Positions 36,870 through 46,736 of a DNA stretch of 64,000 nt are shown here, piece by piece; position 1 is the first letter of the stretch; the number at the start of each line of letters is the position of its first letter. The notes beneath the pieces were generated by a model that worked only from the letters and a program-made list of their open reading frames with translations, did not search any database and had not been told where the DNA came from. The translations under genes were made by a program, and so were the position numbers. Origin of the DNA: a virus; IMG/VR virus record IMGVR_UViG_3300040811_001208, positions 7,955 to 71,954 of that record. One strand, written 5' to 3'.

Positions 36870-38255
36870 TTAACAAGGCCATCCCGAAGGTCTACATGAC
36901 CAAGCGAATTTACTGCCACAATTTAGAGATCTTTGGGCAGCTATTCCAAATCTTTTTCCCTGTCTGATGGCAAGATTGACAATTTCACAATCACTAAAAC
37001 CACATCTTCTAGCACGATCTACCGCATTAAGTCCCAATACAACTCCAGAGGGATCTCCTAAAGTATCAATAAAATATGCTAAATCCTGTTCTCCTCGAAT
37101 CCTACAAGTAGGAGTCGGCGGTGGCGGTGGTGGTGGTGGTGGTGGTGGTGGAGGAGGAGCACTTCGGGTTGTAACTTTCCAATCCGCACTAGTATTTCCT
37201 ACTGTCAGGTTAGTAGATACTGAACTACTATAAGAACTAGAAGATGTCAGTCTAAGTCTTATTTTGTCATTATTGATAATTTCAATTGGAGAATCAGTAA
37301 AACTCTTGACTATAGAACCATTTCTTTCCACTTCATAAGTTGAAGAAGAATTTGACAATGTAACAGGAAGATCAGAATTTAAACTTAAATCAGAAATAGT
37401 AATTTGATCACTGTTATAATTTCTACTCAATTGTCTACTACCTCGATCCGAAAAATCTTCAGGAGTAAATGTAACATCAAGATTTTCTATTTCTGTTGTT
37501 ACACTCCAAGTAGTACTATAAGTTCCAACTTGAAGCTCCACATTCGTAGATGTTTTAAATAAATTTGAAGATGTTGTTTCTAATCTTATGGAATTCCCAT
37601 TAGTAATGGAATGTGATGATCCATAATTTGTTCCATTAACAATAATAAAACCAATTCCGGAAATGATACTAGAATCAAAAGAAATTCCAGGTTCCAACCC
37701 AGATATTATAATTTCATTACTTTGTATTACTGTACTTGTTGTTGTAGAACCTATCTCCACAAAAGAAAAAGGAGTTGGAGTTTCGTCAATTGGTCTGGTC
37801 TTAACAATCCAATCTTGAGTTGTTTTTCCGACCGAAACTAAAGTAATGTGGGTTTTATTGAAATCAGTCTTTAATGCTTTTGCAGTAACTAATGACAAAT
37901 TAATTGATTGATTATTAGTTACAAAATCATTTATTTCATTAAAACCAAGACCAGGTTGAAATCTAGAATTTATTTCCGAATATTCATCAAAACTTGCTTG
38001 ATTTATATTATTGTTGTCAAAAGTAACTGTTTGTCCATTATCAAAAACATTAGAAATCAAAGAGTATGAAGAACCAATACTTACTCTTATTGGAAGTGGA
38101 GATTTTATTCCAGTAATTTTTGCATAACCAGCACGATATTCAACACCAGGCTCAACATCATATAAGTCGATCCAATCAAATGGATCTGGAATTTCTATGA
38201 TTGGCGGTTTATAGGCATATTCTGATGCGTTTCCAAATCCTCCAAGTATTGGCAT
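36870..38255 (-). CDS. virion protein with repeated domains, polyproline linker and Cys-rich tip
   Basis: three W.V.T-ended repeats; P13 tract. Confidence 0.7.
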   Translation of the reverse strand: MPILGGFGNASEYAYKPPIIEIPDPFDWIDLYDVEPGVEYRAGYAKITGIKSPLPIRVSIGSSYSLISNVFDNGQTVTFDNNNINQASFDEYSEINSRFQPGLGFNEINDFVTNNQSINLSLVTAKALKTDFNKTHITLVSVGKTTQDWIVKTRPIDETPTPFSFVEIGSTTTSTVIQSNEIIISGLEPGISFDSSIISGIGFIIVNGTNYGSSHSITNGNSIRLETTSSNLFKTSTNVELQVGTYSTTWSVTTEIENLDVTFTPEDFSDRGSRQLSRNYNSDQITISDLSLNSDLPVTLSNSSSTYEVERNGSIVKSFTDSPIEIINNDKIRLRLTSSSSYSSSVSTNLTVGNTSADWKVTTRSAPPPPPPPPPPPPPPTPTCRIRGEQDLAYFIDTLGDPSGVVLGLNAVDRARRCGFSDCEIVNLAIRQGKRFGIAAQRSLNCGSKFAWSCRPSGWPC

Positions 38256-38261
38256 TTTCTC

Positions 38262-41200
38262 TTATGCGTAATTTGACTGCGAAGCAAGAACCGTAAATGT
38301 GGAATCTGCGGTTTTTATGATCACATATGTATAACTATCTATGCTATTTGCACTACCAAAAGTTGGAGCAAAGCCACCATACCATTTTGGAATTATTGTA
38401 GTACCATCAATTTTTATTTGATTGTTATAATATGCAGTAGCTCCATTGGTAGCTAAGAAAGCAACTGTAATCGAATCTCCGACCACAAGAATATTGTTTA
38501 GGGTTGTGCCATCAGAATGTCCTGTAAAATTCAGAGTCCAATTTTTAGAAACATTTTTTGTATAATAGTAAACATTGTTGTCCCCCAAATAAATTGGAAT
38601 ATCGATTGCATTTCCTCCGCCATCTAATAGAGGCCAATCGTCTGTAACTATAGTTGCCTTTTCGATGATCTCTGTTACATTAAGTAATCCATTGATATAA
38701 GTTTTTCCTTCCACTTTCAATTTGATATCAGAAGAAACCACACTAGTTCCAATACCAACATTATTCAAATAATATGCAGTATTAATTCCGACTGAACCAA
38801 CAAAAGGATCAACTTCGCTCCAAACGGAATCTAAATTGGTCAAATTACTACCGTCCCCATAAAAAGTCCCAGTCCAAATACCAACATAATGCCCATCACC
38901 ATTTTGAATTGGTCCAAACTTTCTCCACTCATTACTAGAGGTATAGACCCACCCAAGATAGCCACCATCAGAAGGCTGAGAATAGTATTCGACATCACCA
39001 GAGTTTCCTGCAATAGAAGGAGTAGAAATTCCTACAGTATATTTCCTAGAAATGGTTGCATTTCCCTGTAGGTATATTGAATTTGCCTCAATTCCACGAG
39101 AGGAATTGGAAGTAATCTTGTCGTTGAAAACTACTGGGCCATTAAACTCTGAGACATTGTTTCCATCTTTTCCTCCTTCGACTTTAATCGAACGAGTCAC
39201 ATTAACATTTTCGGTATTTACAATATTGATTGCGGCAGCAGTTCCAGTCTCAACAAAAATTTCTTCGCCGCGAACAGATGGGACAGGCGCATCAAATACA
39301 TCTTCTTGTCCAGTAGCAGAACTTACACGCTTGTTTCCAATATAGAAGTCTCCATCATTATTCATTCCAGTGTAGACATTAATGCCACCATCAACCTTAA
39401 ATGATTGTGATAGTAACTCTTCTTGTTCTGTAATTTGTCGGTCTTGGCGATCTGGGAATGCATTAGAGTAGTTACCAGGGCCAAATCCGACATATTCAAA
39501 AGTATGACCAGAAGCACGAAGAATGGAGTGCCTACGGAATTCAATTGGATATGGATGTATTTTTCTAACAACAGAACCAGAGACATGAGAAGAATTGCGA
39601 GTTCCAAGTAATCCTCTGAAAACAGAAACTGGATTTCCATCGACAGTTTCATTAATTCTTAGGATCTCATCGTCAATTTGGATGTAATCTCCAATTTTTA
39701 GTCCAGTAGAATCAATGGAGGTGATAGAAACTGATGTTCCTGTTGTTGTAATTCCTGCTGATGTAGTTGCAGTAATTCCCGCATATTGTTCAATTATTCT
39801 TTGTTCTTCTCTGCCGGTGTTACCCCCACCTCTAGAAGAATATCCATAAGGATGAACTACAATTGTTCCAGTAGTTGCCGGAGAAGAATTGTTTGTTCCA
39901 ACATTTAAATCAATTGAGGTTAGAGAATTTACTTTGGAAATCAAGAAATCTCCATTATACAATGCTGAAGTTGCTCCATCTACTTTTACTTTATCTGATA
40001 CGGAAAATCCATGAGCGACAGAGAAAGTAACAGTCGCTATTCCAGATACATTGTTGTAAGTAAATGCACTAGCCGTGAGCGATTTGCCAGTTAGGTACGC
40101 ATTTGTTCCTGAAGTTACAGTAACACCAATACCCAAAGTAGATGGTATAGTGATAGAACCAGCAGAAGAAACTTGAACAGATTTACTAGTTGATATTCCG
40201 GTGATTCTATATAAGTCATTATATTGAGAATAAGACTCATCAATAATTCCGGACAGAGAAATGACTTCATTTGTATGATCATAAATTGATGCTACCGTAA
40301 CAGTTCCTGGTACATGTCCAGAAGTTGTGGCAACACCAACGACAGTCAGCACATCTCCTACTTGATACGCACTACCACCATCAATAATTTCAATATTAGT
40401 AATTTGACCAGATGGATTGATTTTAATGACAGCAGAAGCTCCTTCGCCGGAACCTCCTGTCAATTCAGCATTGTATAATGTTTCTATTGTTCCAGTAGTT
40501 CCATATGCAGAACCTGAAGTAGTAATAGAAAGATCAGTAATTGGATTTAATCCATGATCTATATCTGTGTGGAATGTGTGCGCAATTCCGGTTGGATCAC
40601 TGACAATGTAAGTAATACCAAATCCAACTTTATTTTCGGATAAAAATTCATCCAAAGTTTCTTTTGTTATGCTCTTTTGTGGATCATTAACCACCACTTG
40701 ACCGATTGGATCGGCAATAGCAAAACTTTGGGTTTGTTCGGGATCCGAGACAACATTATCTCGGTCAAGTTGTGGATATAAGTACTGAACTGGCTGAGAT
40801 AGTCTTATGTCTTCAAATGGAGCAACATTAGGAGTATTTGAAGAATTAATAACAGCTAAATGATAAATGCCGTCCTGTTTATTTTGGACATATTCTTGTA
40901 CTTGTTCCGTTCGGTATACAATATATGTTCCAGGAAGTTTTTTCCGATTATAATAAGGAAGTGAAGTATTTCTTATTGAAGTGTTATCAACAAAGGTTCC
41001 TGGATTGTTTGTTAGTGAATATGTAAATTGTTTTCTGCTTGGAATTGTAGATATTGTATAGATTCCATTGTAACCTGATGTTGATAATCCAGTGATATTA
41101 TTTGTACTTAATACATTTAATACTTCTACTTGAGAACCAACAGAAAGATGATGGGGCAATTCTGTTTCTATGGTTGCAACAGACCCATTCCAAGATGCAT

Positions 41201-43727
41201 TAGATATGAATCTTGTACTTCTGAGTTGAGAAGAATTGTCTAGTGTTTTTGTTGTATTATCTGGACTATATTGGTAGTCAATTTCATTATCACTTTCAAC
41301 AATTGAAGTAGAATCTTGGATAATATAACCATCAAGTGGTGGTCTTGCTTTTATGGGAGAATCATTTGGAATGACATATCTAAACTTATAGAGTGTATCT
41401 TCTAGGTTTCGTGTATCTGGGATTCTTGTAAAATATGTTCTTGGACTTACGGAGACACCAGACGAAGATACTGCGGTATAAATTGCATTACCAGAATTAA
41501 CTCCTAGATACCATTGGTTATTTGTCGAATCATATTGGATAGGATGTCCAATATTTCCAGAAGATTTATCGGAAACTCTACTGACTACTTTTAGGTTTGC
41601 TGTTTTCTGGGTGAAAATGTCTATGGCAGAGGAGAAAGAACTTCCATTTTTTGCATCATTCAAGGAAGTCGCAAGTCTTATTTGTGTATTAGTAAGTCCA
41701 GTTGCGGTAGAATTTGTGATGACATAATAAACAGAATTATGATCTAATCCATCAGGCAATTCGCCGGTTTCGCTGATAATTCTTACTGTCTCTCCATTAA
41801 TAAATTCATGTGGAGAACTTAAGGTAATAGTATTTGCCACAATGTTATTTGTGGTTCCACTTAATTTTGCGACATCATATTCTTTCTGGTATGTTGTATT
41901 GCTCGAACCATCCATCACAATGGTCGCAGAATATGTGGTTGATATACCAGAACTTGTTAGAATAACATTCAGTTGATCATTCTGTTTGGCACCAATTCTA
42001 TAGCCATCAATAACACTAACTGGTCTTACATTTTCATTGATTTGATTATAGAGATAGAGTCTTGTGCTATTTCCAACACTCAATGTCTTGGCGATATCAA
42101 TAGCATCAAATTCAATTGTAATTTCTGATGATGTTATTTCTTTTGGTGGTATAATATGACTGATATATCCTAGGTCATCACGAATGAATTTATCGTCTCG
42201 AAATCCCCTAGAAACCAATGATTTTGCACCAAAGTTTGAGTTTGAGTTGGTGATGGACATATCGCCACCACTAACTGCCTCAAAATGTTGTGCATATCCA
42301 ATGGCAAATATAGATACACATTGGATAAATGCATTATTGCTTGCCTTGATGTGGTAAGTCTCATAAGAGGGTTTATACCGGGCAAGAGAATCAGAATAGA
42401 TATTGGCAACATTAGTTGTGTCAATATACTTTCCGGTGGTTGGATCGTATTTTACAAAAGCATTGTTATCTTTCTGTAATGAAATGCCAGTAAACTGAGC
42501 CACCACCATGCTCTTAAATCCGTTTACAACACTTCCATCTGCATGGAGACCACACAGACCATAAACAGACCTTAGAGAACAATTGAAGATATAAGGAGAT
42601 GCTGAGGTAACAGTATCGACAACAATGTTCAGTGTGCCTTGTCCGATGATGGAATCAATACCAGTTGGAGGAGCAGCAGAAGTTGCATACTTGATTTCTG
42701 TTCCGCTAACAACTTCCTTAACAACATATTGGCCATTAAAGGTGCTGATGCCAACTCCATTGATACGAATTGGAGTATCAACATCAAGACCAGAAACATC
42801 TTCTGCAAATGATACAGTAATTTCTGTTCTGTCGCCACCACCAAGACCATCACCAGCACGAATACTTGTGATTCCTACTTCTTGGCCACGAGAACCAACG
42901 ATACGATATTCGTCGATTTTTGGTTCTATGTCTACGACATTTGGATAATCTGGTGAAATTGGTCTTCCACTTGAATTGCCGAAAGCAAGACCAATTTTTT
43001 GGTAATAGATGTCTAGATCGGTTCTATCAGTAGAATAAGTATTGAAGGCATCATTGATTTCTACTGGATTGACGCCATCAGCATATTCAAATGTTGTTAG
43101 TTTATTATGTGAAAAATTTGGGACAAATGTGTTGTTGGTGTAGTCTTTATAGCACACACCATTTGGATTTGCATCAAAGATTGACATTTGCCATAAGTAG
43201 CAGGCACCAGTCAATCTAAAAATGGCAGATCTTTCTATATTGTCGTTTTCTGGATCTGGTACATATTTGGGTCTTATTTTCGTCTTGCGCAAGTCTTGTC
43301 CGACCAGAGAAATTCCTTTCGGGAGAAAAATTCCACCGTGGACTGAATTGAATTTATAAAGAACATTATTGTCTGATGTAATATCGAAGTTTGTCTGTAA
43401 ATCAAACTCATAAAAATCACTTGAAGTTGTTCCATCTCTTTTTAGGAATGTAGATCCTGTGAGTGGGACCCATCCTGGTCTATTGTCGATTATATGTTCT
43501 CCTGGGTATAGGAGAATTGTGGTGTTTGCGAATGTATCGTTATTGAATCCAGGTCTATAGGAAAACTTGACACTTTCTAGGATCGCTCTCTGGAGACTCA
43601 AAAATGGTCGAAGAGCACTGGTACCGTCGTTTTCAATCGAATCAGTGGCATCTAATGCATTCGGATTAACATGGATCAAGGTCCCTCTGAGGGACCTCAT
43701 GAAATTTTCTAAACGACTTAATCCCAT
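38262..43727 (-). CDS. large virion structural protein (T4-like cyanophage family)
   Basis: MGLSRLENF..VNP...DATDSIEN N-terminus; 1821 aa. Confidence 0.8.
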   Translation of the reverse strand: MGLSRLENFMRSLRGTLIHVNPNALDATDSIENDGTSALRPFLSLQRAILESVKFSYRPGFNNDTFANTTILLYPGEHIIDNRPGWVPLTGSTFLKRDGTTSSDFYEFDLQTNFDITSDNNVLYKFNSVHGGIFLPKGISLVGQDLRKTKIRPKYVPDPENDNIERSAIFRLTGACYLWQMSIFDANPNGVCYKDYTNNTFVPNFSHNKLTTFEYADGVNPVEINDAFNTYSTDRTDLDIYYQKIGLAFGNSSGRPISPDYPNVVDIEPKIDEYRIVGSRGQEVGITSIRAGDGLGGGDRTEITVSFAEDVSGLDVDTPIRINGVGISTFNGQYVVKEVVSGTEIKYATSAAPPTGIDSIIGQGTLNIVVDTVTSASPYIFNCSLRSVYGLCGLHADGSVVNGFKSMVVAQFTGISLQKDNNAFVKYDPTTGKYIDTTNVANIYSDSLARYKPSYETYHIKASNNAFIQCVSIFAIGYAQHFEAVSGGDMSITNSNSNFGAKSLVSRGFRDDKFIRDDLGYISHIIPPKEITSSEITIEFDAIDIAKTLSVGNSTRLYLYNQINENVRPVSVIDGYRIGAKQNDQLNVILTSSGISTTYSATIVMDGSSNTTYQKEYDVAKLSGTTNNIVANTITLSSPHEFINGETVRIISETGELPDGLDHNSVYYVITNSTATGLTNTQIRLATSLNDAKNGSSFSSAIDIFTQKTANLKVVSRVSDKSSGNIGHPIQYDSTNNQWYLGVNSGNAIYTAVSSSGVSVSPRTYFTRIPDTRNLEDTLYKFRYVIPNDSPIKARPPLDGYIIQDSTSIVESDNEIDYQYSPDNTTKTLDNSSQLRSTRFISNASWNGSVATIETELPHHLSVGSQVEVLNVLSTNNITGLSTSGYNGIYTISTIPSRKQFTYSLTNNPGTFVDNTSIRNTSLPYYNRKKLPGTYIVYRTEQVQEYVQNKQDGIYHLAVINSSNTPNVAPFEDIRLSQPVQYLYPQLDRDNVVSDPEQTQSFAIADPIGQVVVNDPQKSITKETLDEFLSENKVGFGITYIVSDPTGIAHTFHTDIDHGLNPITDLSITTSGSAYGTTGTIETLYNAELTGGSGEGASAVIKINPSGQITNIEIIDGGSAYQVGDVLTVVGVATTSGHVPGTVTVASIYDHTNEVISLSGIIDESYSQYNDLYRITGISTSKSVQVSSAGSITIPSTLGIGVTVTSGTNAYLTGKSLTASAFTYNNVSGIATVTFSVAHGFSVSDKVKVDGATSALYNGDFLISKVNSLTSIDLNVGTNNSSPATTGTIVVHPYGYSSRGGGNTGREEQRIIEQYAGITATTSAGITTTGTSVSITSIDSTGLKIGDYIQIDDEILRINETVDGNPVSVFRGLLGTRNSSHVSGSVVRKIHPYPIEFRRHSILRASGHTFEYVGFGPGNYSNAFPDRQDRQITEQEELLSQSFKVDGGINVYTGMNNDGDFYIGNKRVSSATGQEDVFDAPVPSVRGEEIFVETGTAAAINIVNTENVNVTRSIKVEGGKDGNNVSEFNGPVVFNDKITSNSSRGIEANSIYLQGNATISRKYTVGISTPSIAGNSGDVEYYSQPSDGGYLGWVYTSSNEWRKFGPIQNGDGHYVGIWTGTFYGDGSNLTNLDSVWSEVDPFVGSVGINTAYYLNNVGIGTSVVSSDIKLKVEGKTYINGLLNVTEIIEKATIVTDDWPLLDGGGNAIDIPIYLGDNNVYYYTKNVSKNWTLNFTGHSDGTTLNNILVVGDSITVAFLATNGATAYYNNQIKIDGTTIIPKWYGGFAPTFGSANSIDSYTYVIIKTADSTFTVLASQSNYA

Positions 43728-43765
43728 CTTATTATCGCAATAAGTTCTTTATTACTTATTTAGAC

Positions 43766-43792
43766 ATAAAAAAGACCCCTAACTAGAGGGGC
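43766..43792 (-). terminator. intrinsic terminator
   Basis: GCCCCT-CTAGTT-AGGGGT followed by T-tract. Confidence 0.55.
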
Positions 43793-44004
43793 GAAGTAAA
43801 GAAACAAGAACAAAAAGCAAAAATAAGATTCCAGAAAGTTCTAAATTGTCCATAAGAACTTATTATTTGTCTCTACTTTTTATATAGTTCACTGTGTTCT
43901 TTGCGGCAATGATGGCATCATCCATAGTTAGATTCTGACCAGATTCTTGCTTAATAATAGGTCTAGAAGAATCACAGACAGTCCATCGCCACTGCCGCAT
44001 AGAT

Positions 44005-44187
44005 TCACAAAACCAGATCGTTATCTTCATGTTTAAAGTGCTCCAACTCGATCCAATTTAGTAGTGCATTGAATTCTGAACGCTTTTCTTCGGAAAAATT
44101 ATTTCCTTTAGAGAAAAGATAAAAATCTATTGCTTCGATTGCATTCTTGCGATCTTTTTGTGAAATTAATGACATAAGATTAATCAA
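44005..44187 (-). CDS. hypothetical protein
   Basis: ORF. Confidence 0.6.
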   Translation of the reverse strand: MINLMSLISQKDRKNAIEAIDFYLFSKGNNFSEEKRSEFNALLNWIELEHFKHEDNDLVL

Positions 44188-44449
44188 CAGGTAACATTTC
44201 TGGATTTTCTAGCTCAACCTCGAACATAAGAGGATGACATTCTTCCAAAATTAAATATTGAGAAGAAAGATAAAGATCTTCTGCATCAAACCTCCTTTCT
44301 TCGTCTGCTAGTTTGATGAGTTCCATGTCAGTAATGGAATCATCTGGCAATTCATCAAATGTAAAGGGAACTTGATTGATGAAATACATGAGAACAATTT
44401 GGGTTCCTTTGTTGTACCAAACATATTTTGCGTCTATTCTGTATTCCAT
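44180..44449 (-). CDS. conserved hypothetical protein
   Basis: IVLMYFINQVPFTFDEL. Confidence 0.7.
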   Translation of the reverse strand: MEYRIDAKYVWYNKGTQIVLMYFINQVPFTFDELPDDSITDMELIKLADEERRFDAEDLYLSSQYLILEECHPLMFEVELENPEMLPVD

Positions 44450-44473
44450 GAGAATAGCTCCCTTTACTTTTGG

Positions 44474-44677
44474 TTATTTATAAGTTGGTTCGTTGTATTT
44501 CAGATATTCGAAGAAAGTCAATTTCATTTCTTTTGTGCTCATACCACAATGCTTTGCTGCTTGTGGTAGATTCATTTTAGAGAAAAACAAACCTTCATTT
44601 GCTTCCTTTACATTTTCTGGTGTTGTTTTAATGGGTTCTTCTTTGAGTGCTTTGTAGTTGATACGATGAGGAGTCAT
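44474..44677 (-). CDS. hypothetical protein, possible HTH
   Basis: MNLPQAAKHCGMSTKEM. Confidence 0.65.
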   Translation of the reverse strand: MTPHRINYKALKEEPIKTTPENVKEANEGLFFSKMNLPQAAKHCGMSTKEMKLTFFEYLKYNEPTYK

Positions 44678-44856
44678 AGGGGATTTGAGTAAGAAAGAGT
44701 GTCTTCGTCCACTGTGGCACGGACAAATTCTAGCACATTCATAAACTCTTCTACTGTGTCGCAGGTCACTTGTTTTTTTGTCCCTTCACTTGAATACAAA
44801 TATACGGTTCGTTTGGTAGGATCCACTACACATCTTGATAGATATTCTTCTTCCAT
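44674..44856 (-). CDS. hypothetical protein
   Basis: ORF after sigma70-like promoter. Confidence 0.65.
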   Translation of the reverse strand: MEEEYLSRCVVDPTKRTVYLYSSEGTKKQVTCDTVEEFMNVLEFVRATVDEDTLSYSNPL

Positions 44857-44879
44857 GCTTTCTTTGCGTTTTGCTCCTT

Positions 44880-44909
44880 ATTGTAGCATGGGATGGGGGT
44901 GGGCGTCAA
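44880..44909 (-). promoter_or_regulatory. sigma70-like promoter
   Basis: TTGACG-18bp-TACAAT with extended TG. Confidence 0.6.
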
Positions 44910-46147
44910 GTAAATTTATTTGTATAATAAACTTTGTCTCCAATGAAAAAGAAAAATCTATCTTTAAATCCTATGACTGCTGGCCCTTCATTGGTAAGTT
45001 GAGTTTGTCTAGCTGAAATTGCCTGCCCTGTTGTAGTATCATATAATAAAATTGCTCCACTATCACCCCAAGCAGCGATTTTATCTCCATAAGAAGCACA
45101 ACGAAGAATATGAGAGTCCAAATCCCTAGTATGAAAAGTTTGTAATATTTGATTAGATAAATTAATTTCTGTCACACTCCCGTTATAAAAAGCAATAGTT
45201 GAGTATTTAGTTTTGTCGGCATAATTTGAATCTGCCGTTGATATTGTAGCAGTTGCTATTAAAGAATTTCCCCCACCACCAAGAGATCCTCTGTCTTCTA
45301 ATGGATCTCCAGTTACAAATCCACTATAAGGAATATAATAATCATTTAGTGTCTCCCAACTAGACCCATTATTTATTGTGAAATAACTTTTACTTGGTTT
45401 GACAATTGCACCTTGATTGGGAAGCATAGCAACTCCCCAGACGGGAGAACCGGAAATAGTAGTAGAAGAAGATTCGAGTATAGTCCAGTCTTCTTCATTG
45501 CTGTTTCCTGCGCTTGGAAGATTCATGTAATTCCATGTATTTCCTCCATCGGTAGTTATTGATGCAACTGGACCATGTTGACCGCTACTAGTGCTATTAG
45601 TAAATACCACAAAATTAGAAGTACCAGATGCGCCCGGAGTTCCAGTGAAACTAGCAAGAGATCTAAACAAACTTCCCCCACTTGCCCCATTAAAAAAGTC
45701 ATGAGTCATAGTAAAAGTATTCCAAGTTTCTCCATCATCTGTGGATCTAATTCCTTCAAGCGTTGATCCGGAAATATACCTAACTCCAACCCAGGTGTTA
45801 TTACCACCATACGCTATTCTATATTGTGGCTGCGACCCTTGATAAACTTGATTCCAAGTAAATCCATCTGTACTTCTATAAATTCTACTTCCAGCTGACC
45901 TGCAAATAGAAGTTGGACTCGATTGTGTCTGTCCACCTGCTGTTGGAAGTGTTGCTTCTTTTAGAATAACCCCAAAAGGCAAGGAGACATAATCTTTTAA
46001 CTCACTTGCTTCTAATTTATAATTACTTCCTCCCCTGTTAACCAAAAGTAAATCAGTATCTTCTATTGCCATGATGTCTTGTGCCTCTACTTTGTAATTT
46101 GTATTATTTCTATCAACTAAAAATAAATCAGTATCTTGTATTGCCAT
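44906..46147 (-). CDS. beta-propeller (BNR/Asp-box) virion or receptor-binding protein
   Basis: STDGFTW, STDDGETW, TTDGGNTW, TINNGSSW; duplicated 25-aa N-terminal motif. Confidence 0.7.
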   Translation of the reverse strand: MAIQDTDLFLVDRNNTNYKVEAQDIMAIEDTDLLLVNRGGSNYKLEASELKDYVSLPFGVILKEATLPTAGGQTQSSPTSICRSAGSRIYRSTDGFTWNQVYQGSQPQYRIAYGGNNTWVGVRYISGSTLEGIRSTDDGETWNTFTMTHDFFNGASGGSLFRSLASFTGTPGASGTSNFVVFTNSTSSGQHGPVASITTDGGNTWNYMNLPSAGNSNEEDWTILESSSTTISGSPVWGVAMLPNQGAIVKPSKSYFTINNGSSWETLNDYYIPYSGFVTGDPLEDRGSLGGGGNSLIATATISTADSNYADKTKYSTIAFYNGSVTEINLSNQILQTFHTRDLDSHILRCASYGDKIAAWGDSGAILLYDTTTGQAISARQTQLTNEGPAVIGFKDRFFFFIGDKVYYTNKFT

Positions 46148-46149
46148 GA

Positions 46150-46464
46150 TTATGGTAAAGAAGGTAGGGAATTTATGTTAATGGTATAGTTTATTCTATT
46201 ATTAGCATCATCATAAGTAACAGTGATGCCAGTTTGGATACCAGCATTTATGGCAGCACCTACGGCATCTTGTGCCCTCTCATCAGTGTAATAGAGATTT
46301 GTCCCCTCAGATACTTTGCCTGTATTCAAGTCAATCGTGGAGCCATCACCAAGAGCATTATAAATTTCTTCAAAGTTAGAATTGATCTTTATCGCACCAG
46401 TCAATAAACTATCACCAGTATTATCATTTGGTGTAGTTCCGGTTCCTATGCCTTGATATGCCAT
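46150..46464 (-). CDS. baseplate/fibre connector-like protein (gp9/gp10 N-terminal motif)
   Basis: GTTPNDNTGDSL..GAIKINSNFEEIY. Confidence 0.65.
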   Translation of the reverse strand: MAYQGIGTGTTPNDNTGDSLLTGAIKINSNFEEIYNALGDGSTIDLNTGKVSEGTNLYYTDERAQDAVGAAINAGIQTGITVTYDDANNRINYTININSLPSLP

Positions 46465-46481
46465 TTCTAATACTTTTACAA

Positions 46482-46736
46482 CTATTTAGTTTCGGCCATA
46501 ATCAAATAATAGCACTCAATCGGTAAATTACCATAAGACTGTAAACGAACTTCTTTGACATCTACAGTCTTCACAATAATATCCTGAGGTGCCCCACAAG
46601 GAGTTAATGATACAGTAATTGTTTTTGGATTGACTGTTCCTTCCCATTCTTCTGGGAGCTGAATTGAAGTATTATTAAATACTTTTCCTCGTGCAATAAC
46701 TAGATTTTCGATGTTCGTGTAAAGTGTGTTTTTCAT
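46482..46736 (-). CDS. hypothetical protein homologous to C-terminal domain of 48149..49066
   Basis: IQLPEEWEGTVNPKTITVSLTP. Confidence 0.65.
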   Translation of the reverse strand: MKNTLYTNIENLVIARGKVFNNTSIQLPEEWEGTVNPKTITVSLTPCGAPQDIIVKTVDVKEVRLQSYGNLPIECYYLIMAETK

